Virus record (IMG/VR): IMGVR_UViG_3300045988_121909
Direction: 5' to 3' (one strand)
Source: a virus
DNA: 64,000 nt
The stretch's first letter is position 1; the number at the start of each line of letters is the position of its first letter. Positions 45,431 to 55,455 of this stretch are shown here, one piece after another. Under the pieces are notes generated by a model, which worked only from the letters and a program-made list of their open reading frames with translations, ran no database searches and was not told the origin of the DNA. The translations under genes and the position numbers were made by a program.

Positions 45431-47242
45431 ATGTTTAATTATAAAGAAGCAATAAGGGAATTAAATAAGCACACAGAGTTATATGATTCTGGCACTCCAG
45501 TACTTTCAGATAAAGAATGGGACGATTTATATTTTCAAGTAGTAGAATATGAAAAGACTCATACTCCTGATAAAGATTCACCTACGCAGAATATTCACTC
45601 TAATACATTGAATAAAGTAGAGCATTCTACTCCTATGCTTTCTTTAAAGAAAACAAAAGATATTGAAGAAGTAAAGAAATTCTTTAAGAATAAAGACATT
45701 ATTGCTATGGCAAAGCTAGATGGCTTGACTTGTAGATTAACATATAAGAATGGTAAGTTATTCAGAGCAGAGACTAGAGGAAATGGCAGAGTAGGTGAAG
45801 ATGTTACGCATAACGCTATGCTTATACACAATATCCCTAAATCTCTACCTTATGATATTGTAGTTGAAGGCGAAGTTATTTGTAAATACTCTGATTACAC
45901 TGGTTCTTCTAATGTAAGAAATTACGCTGCAGGTAGTATGAGACTTAAAGTTGCAGAGCAGAGAAATTTATCATTTATCGCTTTTGATTTAATCTCTTCT
46001 GATAAGTCATATTCTCTACTATCTGAAAAGCTATATGATTTAGGTAGAGATTTTGAAGTAGTGCCTTATAGATTTGATTTTGATACAGAGGCATTAAGAG
46101 AACAATGTGTTGATTTACCTATTGACGGCCTAGTTTATAAGATTAACAATATTAAAGAATATGAGAGCTTAGGCAAAACAGAACATAGTCCTAACGCTGC
46201 TTTAGCTTTTAAATTCTATGACGAGCTTTATGAAACAGAGTTGCTAGATATTATATGGACACAAGGTAAGACAGGTAATCTTACTCCTGTAGCGAAGTTT
46301 AAGCCTGTTATTATTGATGGCACAAATGTTCAGAGAGCTAGTATGCATAATCTTGATATAGTAGAAAAGATATTACGTACACCGAGCGTTGGGCAGAAAG
46401 TTTATGTGTGTAAAAGTAATATGATTATTCCTCAGATTCATCACGCAGGCGAGTCTACAAACAAGATTATTGAAATTCCAACAATTTGCCCTGACTGCGG
46501 CTCTGAATTAAAAATCGATACAAAAGGAGTAACACAGCTCGTATGCGTAAATAAACATTGTCCTGCTAAGATAAAGAATAAGTTAATTAGATTTGCAGGT
46601 AAACAAGCGTTGGATATTGAAGGCATCTCTAACTCTACTATTGAGAAGTTGATTAAGCTAGGTTGGTTAACTTGCTTATCAGATTATTTTAAACTCTATA
46701 CTCACAAAGAAGAGTGGTTGCAGCTTGATGGCTTTTCCGATGTTTCTGTAGATAAAATTTTAAATAATATCCCTAAAGAGATAGAGCTATGGAAATTAAT
46801 CGCTAACTGTGGTTTAGAAAATATCTCTAAGCAAACAGCAATAAAGCTAGTTGATTATTTTAATGATTACTCTTCTTTTAGAAAAGCTATTGATGAAAGA
46901 TTTGATTTTTCTCAGATACCTGGTATCAGTTCAGGCATTTCTAATACACTGCTAAACTTTGATTATTCAGAATTAGACGAAGTGCTTAACTGCATCAAAG
47001 AAGTACAACTAAATAAAAAGAGCGGGAATGTAAAAGTTTGTCTAACAGGCAAAATGAGCAAAGCAAGAAAAGATATAGTTAAATTTTTAGAAGAGCATAA
47101 CGCTGAAGAAGTTGCTATAAACAAAGCTAATTTTCTTGTTTGTAACGAACCTAACTCAAGTAGTAAGTATAAGAAAGCAGTGCAATTAGGCATAAAGATT
47201 ATAACTGAAGAAGAGTTGTACGCTAAATTGAACGTTAAGTAA
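45431..47242 (+). CDS. ligA: NAD-dependent DNA ligase (LigA-type)
   Basis: Adenylation motif AKLDGLTC (KxDG), Cys4 zinc finger CPDCGSEL..CVNKHCP, HhH region and C-terminal BRCT-like domain (KVCLTGKMS). Length 604 aa. Confidence 0.85.
   Translation: MFNYKEAIRELNKHTELYDSGTPVLSDKEWDDLYFQVVEYEKTHTPDKDSPTQNIHSNTLNKVEHSTPMLSLKKTKDIEEVKKFFKNKDIIAMAKLDGLTCRLTYKNGKLFRAETRGNGRVGEDVTHNAMLIHNIPKSLPYDIVVEGEVICKYSDYTGSSNVRNYAAGSMRLKVAEQRNLSFIAFDLISSDKSYSLLSEKLYDLGRDFEVVPYRFDFDTEALREQCVDLPIDGLVYKINNIKEYESLGKTEHSPNAALAFKFYDELYETELLDIIWTQGKTGNLTPVAKFKPVIIDGTNVQRASMHNLDIVEKILRTPSVGQKVYVCKSNMIIPQIHHAGESTNKIIEIPTICPDCGSELKIDTKGVTQLVCVNKHCPAKIKNKLIRFAGKQALDIEGISNSTIEKLIKLGWLTCLSDYFKLYTHKEEWLQLDGFSDVSVDKILNNIPKEIELWKLIANCGLENISKQTAIKLVDYFNDYSSFRKAIDERFDFSQIPGISSGISNTLLNFDYSELDEVLNCIKEVQLNKKSGNVKVCLTGKMSKARKDIVKFLEEHNAEEVAINKANFLVCNEPNSSSKYKKAVQLGIKIITEEELYAKLNVK
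46999..47022 (+). promoter_or_regulatory. 24-bp motif AGAAGTACAACTAAATAAAAAGAG (copy 2) embedded in-frame inside ligA
   Basis: Exact consensus copy encoding KEVQLNKKS in the linker before the BRCT domain. Confidence 0.4.
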
Positions 47243-47247
47243 AATAT

Positions 47248-47320
47248 AGCTCTCAGATATATCTCAGACGTACGAGAATCATTTCTGAGAGCTTTTTATG
47301 CTCTTAATGATAGTTTATAT
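47248..47320 (+). repeat. palindromic intergenic repeat (short form) acting as a terminator-like hairpin
   Basis: agctctcaga-tatatctcagacgtacgagaatcat-ttctgagagct followed by a T-run; the ttatgctctt..taat tail is shared with the long copies. Confidence 0.55.
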
Positions 47321-47361
47321 ACATAAGCTAGAAATAACGTAGAGAGATTAAAAGAGAGACT

Positions 47362-48561
47362 ATGGAAGTAATACGCAACTGCCCAGTATGTAATAAAGAG
47401 TTTAATGCAAAACGTGGACTATCTTCATATTTAAGTAAAACTTGCTCAAGAAGTTGTGCAGGTAAATTAAGTACTAAAGAAAAAGTATTTAACTGTAGTA
47501 AATGTAGCAAAGAGTTTAAACGTTATAATTATGAAAAACAAGATTTATGTATAGAATGTTTTAACGCTGAAAAGAATTGGAATAATTTTTGCTTAAATTG
47601 TAAAGTACGCAAAACCTCTTCAGAAACAAGTGATTTTTGTTCTGAACAGTGTCAAAGAGCTATGAATAAACAAGCTAAAGTAAAAAAGATTCATTATTGT
47701 ATAGAATGCGGACAGCGTTTTCAATCTTATGGAGATGCTAAGTTCTGTTCCTCTTCTTGTAGAAATACTCATACACGTAAAAATATGACGTATAAACCTA
47801 GAGAATGTATTTACTGCGGGAATATATTTACTCCTACCTCTTCATCTCAGAAAGTTTGTACTGATTTTCATACAATAGAATGCAAATATTGCAGTAAAGA
47901 AATAAAGTTGCAAGGCACTATCCCTAAGAATAAGCATTTCTGCGATAGAGTGTGTCAAACATTATATCAGCATAAATCATCTTTAAATTTAAAATTATTA
48001 GATGAGTATAAAAATGCTAATGATTGGGCTAAGAAATTTGAGAATAAAAGAAAGCGTAAACCTAATGCAGTAGATTTTAAAGATTATTTTGGAGTAAATC
48101 TACCTAAATGGGTTGATTATTCTAATTTTGCTAAGAATACAACTAAGTCAAGATTAGAGCAAAAAGTCTTGAATTATATAATAGATAATTTTGAACTAGC
48201 AGTAGAAATAAACAGAAAAATTCTACCTGTTACAAAATACAAACAAGAAATTGATATACTATTGCCTGACATACAATTAGGCATTGAAGTGCAAGGCAAT
48301 GCTACTCATAGTAAAGTTGAAGGCGAATTCCCAATGGAACTTTACGGAGGTGCTCTTAAATCTACTCCAGCAGATTTTAAAAAGAAACAAAAAGCTGCAG
48401 AGGAATTAGGCATCACTCTAATAGAAATATGGGAAGATGAAATAGAAAACAATAGCTTTAAAAAAGAGCTATCATGTTTAATAAACGAAAGGATTGTAGA
48501 TAAAATATGGCAAGAAAGAAAGTCACTGAACACTATTCTGCTGAAAACATCACATCTCTAA
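47362..48561 (+). CDS. homing-endonuclease-like protein with multiple zinc ribbons and a C-terminal nuclease domain
   Basis: At least eight CxxC pairs and a CSRSCA module like the other HE-like genes. C-terminal DILLPD..GIEVQG..H...E motif. Sits between ligA and the topoisomerase genes. Confidence 0.55.
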   Translation: MEVIRNCPVCNKEFNAKRGLSSYLSKTCSRSCAGKLSTKEKVFNCSKCSKEFKRYNYEKQDLCIECFNAEKNWNNFCLNCKVRKTSSETSDFCSEQCQRAMNKQAKVKKIHYCIECGQRFQSYGDAKFCSSSCRNTHTRKNMTYKPRECIYCGNIFTPTSSSQKVCTDFHTIECKYCSKEIKLQGTIPKNKHFCDRVCQTLYQHKSSLNLKLLDEYKNANDWAKKFENKRKRKPNAVDFKDYFGVNLPKWVDYSNFAKNTTKSRLEQKVLNYIIDNFELAVEINRKILPVTKYKQEIDILLPDIQLGIEVQGNATHSKVEGEFPMELYGGALKSTPADFKKKQKAAEELGITLIEIWEDEIENNSFKKELSCLINERIVDKIWQERKSLNTILLKTSHL

Positions 48562-50987
48562 CAGATGTAGAGCATCTTAAGAAAAAGATTAACTTAACGT
48601 TTGGTAGAGAAACAGGTGATGCTGAGCACCCATACTCTCTGCAGAAAACAGTGTCAATCAGAGAAATTATTGATAACAGCGTTGGCGAAATCATAAGAAA
48701 TTTTGCAGATAGAATTGAAGTAACATTCGATAATGATGGTTTTGTAACAGTGCTTGATAACGGTAGAGGTTTACCTATTGACACTGCTACTGACGCATTA
48801 GGAAATGAAGTAAATGGTTTTATTATTACTCTTGGAACTCTTCGTTCTGGTGAGAATTTAGGTAGTAATTCATCTGGTGGTAAGAGTACATCTCAAAACG
48901 GTTTAGGAGCATCTGCTGCTTGCGCGTTATCTGAGAGAGTAGATATTGAAGTTTATAGAAACAATAAAATCTATTACATGTCATTTAAAGATTTTGTACC
49001 AGGCTATTTTAATGATGAAGATGAGTTTAAGTCTTTAAAGAATAAAGCCACTCTAAAATCAAGAAAAGATGATAGAGCAGAGTATTATAAGACTAATTTT
49101 CCTACAGGTACTAAGATAAGAATTAAGCTTGATGATAATATTTTCTCAAGCCCTTACCCTGTAGACGTAGATGATTTAAATGATAGACTTAAAGGTGTTA
49201 GTTATCTTTTACCTAAGTCTCATATTAAAGTAATTGATAACTTTAAGAATAATGCTGAGTATGAGTATTACTCTGAGAATGGTTTAAGAGACGCACTGCC
49301 TGAAGGCGCAGATGTTGTAGAGTTCACTACCTCTAATGATTATCTTGAGAAAAATGTTGCAGTAATGACTGATAGTGCTATTCAGCATAAAGATTTAATT
49401 CGTACTGTTGATATAGAGCTTGCATTTTGCTACGCCGATGAGAGTAACGTAGATACATACGTAAACACTATAAAAACACGACTAAAAGGTGTACATCTAC
49501 AAGCTTTTGAAGACGCTCTTGCAGATTCATTTAACTCAGAGATTAAAGGTAAAGATAAGCCTAATGCTGAAGATTATAGAGAAGGTTTAAATCTACAATT
49601 ATCTGTGTTTATTCCAGACCCTCTATTCTCTGGACAGACAAAAGAAGAGCTTGCAGGTAAAGAAGTAAAGAACGCTATCTATGACGCAGTAAAAGCAGAG
49701 CTAATGAAATTTATTTCTACGAAAGAAAATTCGTCTATTGTAGAAAAGATTACATCAAGAGCTGTTACAATGATGCAAGCTAGAAAATCAATCGCTGATA
49801 GTAAGAAAGTAGCAAAAGAAAAGCTGAAATCTGATATTAACGGTATGCGTAATAGAGTTGAGAACTTTATCGACTGCAGAAGTAAAGACTCAAGTAAAAA
49901 AGAACTGTATATAGCAGAGGGTGCATCAGCACTTGGTTCATTGAAGCAAGCAAGAAACCCTGAGTATCAAGCTTTATTCCCTATTAGAGGTAAGATTAAG
50001 TCAGTATATAAGACAAGTGTTACAGACGCGTTAAGCAGTCAACTTATAAAAAATATTATTCAGCTTGTCGGTACAGGCGTAAATACAAAAACTACAAAGT
50101 GTGATTTAAGTAAGTTAAATTTTGACAAAATTATATTTGCGCACGATTCAGATGTTGATGGCTGTTTTTCTGGAAATACAAAAATTAAATCAACTGATGG
50201 TAACATTTATACTTTTGAGCAGCTTATACAAGATAAGATTACATCAGTTGGAGTATATGCTAAAGACAAAAATGGAAATATAGTTCAAGCAGAAGGCGTA
50301 TTCCCTAGAGTCACAAAAGAGGTTAATGAGCTAATAGAACTTGAATTTGAAAATAAATTTAAAGTTAGATGCACTCTTGACCATTTATTCTTATTGGACT
50401 CAGGTGAGTATAAGGCTGCTATGTGTTTAACTACTGATGATTTGATTAGTTCAGAGTCTGGCAAATGCAGAATTTTAAACTCTACGATAATACACTTAGA
50501 CGAACCTATTAAAGTGTATGACATAACTGTTCCTGAGTATGGTAGCTTCCTAATCAGCACTTCAAATGATAATACAGAAGGTGTATTCGTACATAACTGT
50601 CATATCAGCTCTTTGCTTTTAACTCTCTTTTATACTTTTATGCCAGAACTTATAAAAGACGGGCACGTTTACTCATTACAAACTCCATTATTTGAGATTG
50701 TGTATAAAGACAATACAAAAGCATTTGCGTATGATGAACAAGAAAAGATTAAGCTCACGAAAGACAGAGACGTAAAGAAAATAATGCGTAATAAAGGTCT
50801 TGGTGAAATCTCAGCTGAAGATATGGCACTTTGCTTAAATGAAAGCACTCAGAGATTAGTAAGATTTACAATGGAAGACGCTAAACACGCTGCTAAATTC
50901 ATAGAATTATTTATGGGCAACGATTCTAATGTAAGAAAAGATTACATTACTGAACACGCAGATGAATATGAATTAGATTTTGAATAA
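48507..50987 (+). CDS. DNA topoisomerase II large subunit (T4 gp39 / GyrB-like), intein-containing
   Basis: GHKL ATPase N-terminus (YSAENI..EH..K, NG.GLP), Toprim region (EGASA, FAHDSDVDG) and C-terminal GyrB-like tail. Host-protein continuity DVDG|CHISSLLLTLFY is restored after removal of the 145-aa insert. Confidence 0.8.
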   Translation: MARKKVTEHYSAENITSLTDVEHLKKKINLTFGRETGDAEHPYSLQKTVSIREIIDNSVGEIIRNFADRIEVTFDNDGFVTVLDNGRGLPIDTATDALGNEVNGFIITLGTLRSGENLGSNSSGGKSTSQNGLGASAACALSERVDIEVYRNNKIYYMSFKDFVPGYFNDEDEFKSLKNKATLKSRKDDRAEYYKTNFPTGTKIRIKLDDNIFSSPYPVDVDDLNDRLKGVSYLLPKSHIKVIDNFKNNAEYEYYSENGLRDALPEGADVVEFTTSNDYLEKNVAVMTDSAIQHKDLIRTVDIELAFCYADESNVDTYVNTIKTRLKGVHLQAFEDALADSFNSEIKGKDKPNAEDYREGLNLQLSVFIPDPLFSGQTKEELAGKEVKNAIYDAVKAELMKFISTKENSSIVEKITSRAVTMMQARKSIADSKKVAKEKLKSDINGMRNRVENFIDCRSKDSSKKELYIAEGASALGSLKQARNPEYQALFPIRGKIKSVYKTSVTDALSSQLIKNIIQLVGTGVNTKTTKCDLSKLNFDKIIFAHDSDVDGCFSGNTKIKSTDGNIYTFEQLIQDKITSVGVYAKDKNGNIVQAEGVFPRVTKEVNELIELEFENKFKVRCTLDHLFLLDSGEYKAAMCLTTDDLISSESGKCRILNSTIIHLDEPIKVYDITVPEYGSFLISTSNDNTEGVFVHNCHISSLLLTLFYTFMPELIKDGHVYSLQTPLFEIVYKDNTKAFAYDEQEKIKLTKDRDVKKIMRNKGLGEISAEDMALCLNESTQRLVRFTMEDAKHAAKFIELFMGNDSNVRKDYITEHADEYELDFE
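50163..50597 (+). other. mini-intein (145 aa) inserted in the Toprim DxDxDG-HI motif of the topoisomerase gene
   Basis: Begins with Cys (CFSGNTKI, block A), has block B TLDHLFL, ends VFVHN followed by Cys+1. In frame; no homing-endonuclease domain. Confidence 0.8.
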
Positions 50988-50999
50988 AGGAGGAGAATA

Positions 51000-52967
51000 A
51001 TGCATATAACAGATTTAGAAGTAGGTTCAAGTATCAGAGACAATATGATGTTAATGAGCTTAGAAGCTATTACAAATAGAGCATTGCCTATTCTTGAAGA
51101 TGGCCTTAAGCCTTCTCAAAGAAAAGTATTATATACAATGAAAACTATGGGACTTTTCAATAAGCTAGCAAAAAGCGCTAACGTTGAAGGTCAAACAATG
51201 AAAATACATGCACATTCGGGAACATACTCGACAGCAGTGAATATGACTAGAGAAAAAGAGAGTTTACTTACACCTTTTATTTTTGGTAAAGGTTCTTTTG
51301 GTAAAGTATACTCTTCAGCGATGGATGCTGCTGCGCCAAGATATTCAGAATTATCACTTGCGCCAATCTGTCACGAAATGATGGACAAGTTGTATATGCA
51401 CCCAGAGAATATGGTTGATAACTATGATGGCACATTAAAAGAACCTGTTTTACTCTCTATGCCTTTTCCTAATATACTTGCAAACCCTCAGTCAGGTATT
51501 GGTATTGGTTTCGCTTGCGATTTTCCTTCTTTTAATCTAGCTGAGTTATGTGATGCTTGTATAGCAGTGCTGAATGGAAATAAGAATATTCGTGAAATTA
51601 TGCCTGTACCAGATTTTTCTACTGGAGCTTATGTTCTATATAAAGACGAAGACGTTGCAGATATATTTGAGAATGGTTCAGGTAAAGTAACTCTTAGAGC
51701 AAAGCTTAGTATTGATAAAGAGAATAACGTCATTAATGTAGACGAAATTCCTTATAATACAACTGCTGAGAGTATAATTGACTCTATTCAGAAGTGTTAT
51801 GATAAAGGGCAGTTTCCTGAGATTCTTGACGTAAAAGACGAAATTGGTATTGACGGCTTTAGAGTCTCTATTGAGCATAAGAGAAGTGCAGATGTAAAAG
51901 CTCTTATAAATAAGCTTTATCTACTAACTCCTCTTCAGAGTACATTCTCTTGTAATATGACGTTAGTTTATAATAACAGACCTGCTAAAATGGGTGTGTA
52001 TGAAATTATAGACAAGTGGATAGAGCATAGAAAAGCTTGGGTACAAGACGAAATAAACTTTGAAATTGCTGAAAAAGAAGATAAACTACATTTACTTAAA
52101 GGCTTAGCTCAGATTCTACTGAATATTGATAAAGCTGTAGAGATTGTTAAAGGTAGTAAGAGTGATAATGAAGTAATCTCTGGCTTAATGAATGAATTCT
52201 CTATTGATGATATTCAAGCTGAGTACGTTGCTAATATTAAGCTAAGAAACTTTAATGAAGAGTATGTGCTTAATCGTACAAAAGAAATTACTGAGCTAGA
52301 AAAAGCTATCAAAAAGCTTAAGAAAACAAAGCCTATTGATGTAATGATTGACGACTTAAACAGAGTTAGAGATACATACGGCATCCCAAGAAAAACAGAG
52401 ATTTTGACTGAATGGGAAGAAGTTAAGCCTTTAGCGAAAGAAAAGAAAGAAGTTAAGATAGATGGTACATCTACTCTATTCATCGGCAAAGATATTAGAA
52501 GAGTAAATGGTGAGAGCAGAGCTAAAACTCCAGACCATTACGAAAAGATTGTTGTTGATAATAGAGATAGTATTCTTCTATTCACTAATAAAGGAAGATG
52601 TTTTAAAATATTCGTGTATAAGATTAAACCCAATATCGCACACGAATTTGAAGGTGGTTTAGTTAAATTCAAGGAATTAGAAATGGGTGAGCAGATTATC
52701 GCTAAGATTCCTCTAACTAAAGAAACTAAGTCAAAAACATTATTTATTGTTTACGATAAGAAAGTTGCAAGAATTCCTCTTGATGGTTTTGATAATTCAA
52801 GAAGATTAATGTCAAAAGGAATTAGACCTGACGCTGTTGACGTACGCCTCGTAGACGACGATGAAATATTTGAAGTAAACGGTCAAAAATTTAATACTAG
52901 CCAGTATAGCATAACTAAAAACCGACTTGCACAAGGTGTTAATATTAGAAAGTTTGTCTCAGAGTGA
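51000..52967 (+). CDS. DNA topoisomerase II subunit (T4 gp52 / GyrA-like)
   Basis: N-terminal LEAITNRALPILEDGLKPSQRKVLY matches the GyrA/gp52 breakage-reunion motif; 655 aa. Confidence 0.8.
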   Translation: MHITDLEVGSSIRDNMMLMSLEAITNRALPILEDGLKPSQRKVLYTMKTMGLFNKLAKSANVEGQTMKIHAHSGTYSTAVNMTREKESLLTPFIFGKGSFGKVYSSAMDAAAPRYSELSLAPICHEMMDKLYMHPENMVDNYDGTLKEPVLLSMPFPNILANPQSGIGIGFACDFPSFNLAELCDACIAVLNGNKNIREIMPVPDFSTGAYVLYKDEDVADIFENGSGKVTLRAKLSIDKENNVINVDEIPYNTTAESIIDSIQKCYDKGQFPEILDVKDEIGIDGFRVSIEHKRSADVKALINKLYLLTPLQSTFSCNMTLVYNNRPAKMGVYEIIDKWIEHRKAWVQDEINFEIAEKEDKLHLLKGLAQILLNIDKAVEIVKGSKSDNEVISGLMNEFSIDDIQAEYVANIKLRNFNEEYVLNRTKEITELEKAIKKLKKTKPIDVMIDDLNRVRDTYGIPRKTEILTEWEEVKPLAKEKKEVKIDGTSTLFIGKDIRRVNGESRAKTPDHYEKIVVDNRDSILLFTNKGRCFKIFVYKIKPNIAHEFEGGLVKFKELEMGEQIIAKIPLTKETKSKTLFIVYDKKVARIPLDGFDNSRRLMSKGIRPDAVDVRLVDDDEIFEVNGQKFNTSQYSITKNRLAQGVNIRKFVSE

Positions 52968-52989
52968 AATCTGAGACTTGCTTTTTGTT

Positions 52990-53019
52990 GTTTACATTTA
53001 CTCTAAGCTGTGTTATAAT
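52990..53019 (+). promoter_or_regulatory. promoter GTTTACA-N17-TATAAT
   Basis: gtttacatttactctaagctgtgttataat. Confidence 0.55.
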
Positions 53020-53042
53020 TTTTGCATAAAGAGGTGATAAAT

Positions 53043-53648
53043 ATGAATAATGATAACATCTATGAGCTTATTGAGAGACATCAACAACTACAAAATGAGC
53101 TAAAAGAACTAGAGAACGAGATTAAAGCAAAAGAAAACAAGTTTGTATATCGTAAAGACGTAGACATCAAGTGCCAGCTTGAAAGTCTTTTGAACGCATA
53201 CGGCTTTGACGATGTAGTAAGAGTAGTATCAAGACAGATTGGTAAAAAGACACAGTATGAGTTTAGACTCAAGCACACGCGTAATCTGCTTAAACAGTTT
53301 AATTCTGATTTAGGTAGTAGAAAGCTATTTAATCAAGCTAATCATTTTCTAAGATTCATCACTAAAGAAGATGTAATGCTTATTAAAAGAGAGCGTGCTT
53401 TATATGAACTATATGACCGTATATCTGTACCTACTGATTTGGTTTACAAGATACGCTACTTAGGTTCAAACATAGACTATATAGAATTTAAAGACGCTGA
53501 AAATATGAATAGTATTATGTATGACTACTCAAATAAAAAGTTAAGTTTTCGTTGCAAAGCTCTTCCAGGAGTTAAATGCTCAGTAGATTTATATGAACAC
53601 CGTGACGTATTTTCAAAAGTCACTTATTACCGTAATTTGATAGGGTAG
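53043..53648 (+). CDS. hypothetical protein (201 aa)
   Basis: ATG after agaggtgat. Confidence 0.5.
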   Translation: MNNDNIYELIERHQQLQNELKELENEIKAKENKFVYRKDVDIKCQLESLLNAYGFDDVVRVVSRQIGKKTQYEFRLKHTRNLLKQFNSDLGSRKLFNQANHFLRFITKEDVMLIKRERALYELYDRISVPTDLVYKIRYLGSNIDYIEFKDAENMNSIMYDYSNKKLSFRCKALPGVKCSVDLYEHRDVFSKVTYYRNLIG

Positions 53649-53762
53649 AAGTTAAAGCTCTACTCTTATTTTAATAAGGATGAGATTGACTTTGATGTCA
53701 TAATCGAAACTAAAGATTTTAAGTTTATGTAATGTATAATTATACATTAGAGAGAGAATAAA

Positions 53763-54155
53763 ATGGAATTAAAAAGAAAGTTTGAATTAGAACTTATTGA
53801 CAGAGAAGACGTTGAAAACAGCTTTGAACTCGTCGAAATTATTAGTTTGCAAGATAATGAACTAAGAGGAGTTTTCGAATGCAAACTTGATGATTTTTCT
53901 ATGTACTACGAAGATGATTTAGATTCAACTGATTTAATCGGCGCAGTAACAATCAGAGTTCTTGCAACTGTTGAGCTTGATAAGAATAATGTAAAAAATA
54001 ATCAGTTAGCTAGCTATAACATTCGCAACATAAATATTGATACACCTGAAACGGAAGAATATATCGCTGACACTTTAGAGATGTATTACGCGTATGGTGA
54101 AATCAACAGTGTTGTGTTTGACGTAGTCTTAACAGAAAAAGACTTCTGTATTTAA
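53763..54155 (+). CDS. hypothetical protein, E-L-x-D...L-x-G-(V/I)-F-E paralog family (family A) member 1
   Basis: Shares N-terminal RKFELELIDRED..ELVEIISLQDNELRGVFECKL with ORFs at 54308, 55433 and 60542. Confidence 0.5.
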   Translation: MELKRKFELELIDREDVENSFELVEIISLQDNELRGVFECKLDDFSMYYEDDLDSTDLIGAVTIRVLATVELDKNNVKNNQLASYNIRNINIDTPETEEYIADTLEMYYAYGEINSVVFDVVLTEKDFCI

Positions 54156-54162
54156 AGTATTA

Positions 54163-54282
54163 ACGAGAGATACCAGAATCATTTCTAAGAGACTTTTATA
54201 TTTTATAATGGTTTATACGACAAGTATGCTAAAGTTTACGAGAGACGATTTTGATACGTCTGAGATATATCTGAGAAACATA
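54163..54282 (+). repeat. composite palindromic intergenic repeat (two partial inverted copies)
   Basis: cgagagataccagaatcatttctaagag...gtttacgagagacgattttgatacgtctgagatatatctgag. Confidence 0.5.
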
Positions 54283-54307
54283 TATAAGTGAAAATGGAGA
54301 AAGATAA

Positions 54308-54701
54308 ATGATAGAAAGAAAATTTGATATTAGTTTTAGCGACATCAACTACGGCGATAAATTTAATTAGTAGAAGTACTAAATGTAGAAAATGACACAC
54401 TAACTGGAATATTTGAGTTAAAGAAGCTTTATTCTGAGTATTTTACTGATTACAAAGATGACGAAGTCGAGATTAAGGTCAGTATTGTTGTAGATATACA
54501 AGCAAAAATTGACCTTACAAAACAAAAGATATTACAAGTAAAGTTAATTAAATTCAGAATACGTGATATGAGCTGTGCAAATACAGATATGCTAGAACAA
54601 GACGTGTATGATATGATAGAAGAAAGTAATAGAGATTACTATGACACAAATGATATTAACTCTTATGATGATACCGCTAGTTATGGTGATGTTGAAGTAA
54701 T
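54308..54701 (+). pseudogene. frameshifted member of paralog family A
   Basis: Family-like protein MIERKFDISFSDINYGDKF then stops. Continues in the +1 frame as LVEVLNVENDTLTGIFELKK... The break is consistent with a single-base loss in gataaattt[-]aattagtagaa. Confidence 0.55.
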
Positions 54702-54731
54702 TGAAAAGTAATAGTTAAGGAGTAGAATGTA

Positions 54732-55097
54732 ATGTTTATGCTTTTAGTAGCAGGTTCAAGAACTTTTAACGACGCTTCACTGCTCTATGATAAACTAGAC
54801 TTTTACTTACAAGGACGTGAAGAAGTTCTAATCGTTCACGGCGGCGCTAGAGGTGCTGATTCTCTTGCAAATAAGTACGCAAAAGATAGAAACTATAAAA
54901 CAAAAGTATTTCTTCCTGATTGGAATAGATATGGTAAAAAAGCAGGAATTCTAAGAAATATTGAGATGTTTGAGTACATCTCAAAATACCAGAATATTGG
55001 TTGTGTTGTTTTCTGGGATGGCAAATCTAGAGGTACAGCGAACGACATAAAGTTAGCGCAGAAATATAATACTCCTCTGAGAGTTGTTAGATTCTAA
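54732..55097 (+). CDS. SLOG-domain protein (DUF2493/YspA-like Rossmann fold)
   Basis: VHGGARGADSLA...FLPDW..YGKKAGILRN motif characteristic of DprA-like SLOG nucleotide-binding domains. Confidence 0.5.
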   Translation: MFMLLVAGSRTFNDASLLYDKLDFYLQGREEVLIVHGGARGADSLANKYAKDRNYKTKVFLPDWNRYGKKAGILRNIEMFEYISKYQNIGCVVFWDGKSRGTANDIKLAQKYNTPLRVVRF

Positions 55098-55122
55098 GCA
55101 GAATTGAGTTCAAGGATAGATT

Positions 55123-55455
55123 ATGCATATAGATAAAAATATTTATTTATATCAGACAGAAGCGCCTGATGAGCTGTATTATCTTGATAATGTTGACTAC
55201 GTCATAAATGATACAGTATATGCCACTTTTGTATGTGATAGAGTTAAAATATCAGGTAGCTTATTGACTGTAACGATGTATGGCGTATTAAATCTAAAAG
55301 ATAGAAAGTTACTACATTATCATTTTTTAGATGTAAGTAATGAAGAGCTTTTTGAAAGCGTTGAAGATAGATACAACTCAGATACTTATCAGCATCTGGA
55401 GTTCAAAGCTGCAATTAAGGATAAAAGGAATTATGAAAGTATACAGAGAATATGA
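55123..55455 (+). CDS. hypothetical protein (110 aa)
   Basis: ORF with RBS (caaggatag). Confidence 0.45.
   Translation: MHIDKNIYLYQTEAPDELYYLDNVDYVINDTVYATFVCDRVKISGSLLTVTMYGVLNLKDRKLLHYHFLDVSNEELFESVEDRYNSDTYQHLEFKAAIKDKRNYESIQRI

Noticed and set aside
6861-53278. All minus-strand ORFs in the six-frame track (for example 6861-7079, 8049-8543, 8492-8992, 13702-14112, 29802-30119, 31331-31642, 42952-43260, 52214-52489)
   Set aside because: They are Ser/Leu/Ile-rich and low-complexity, lie entirely inside better plus-strand genes, and have no RBS. They are a typical antisense artefact of AT-rich coding DNA.
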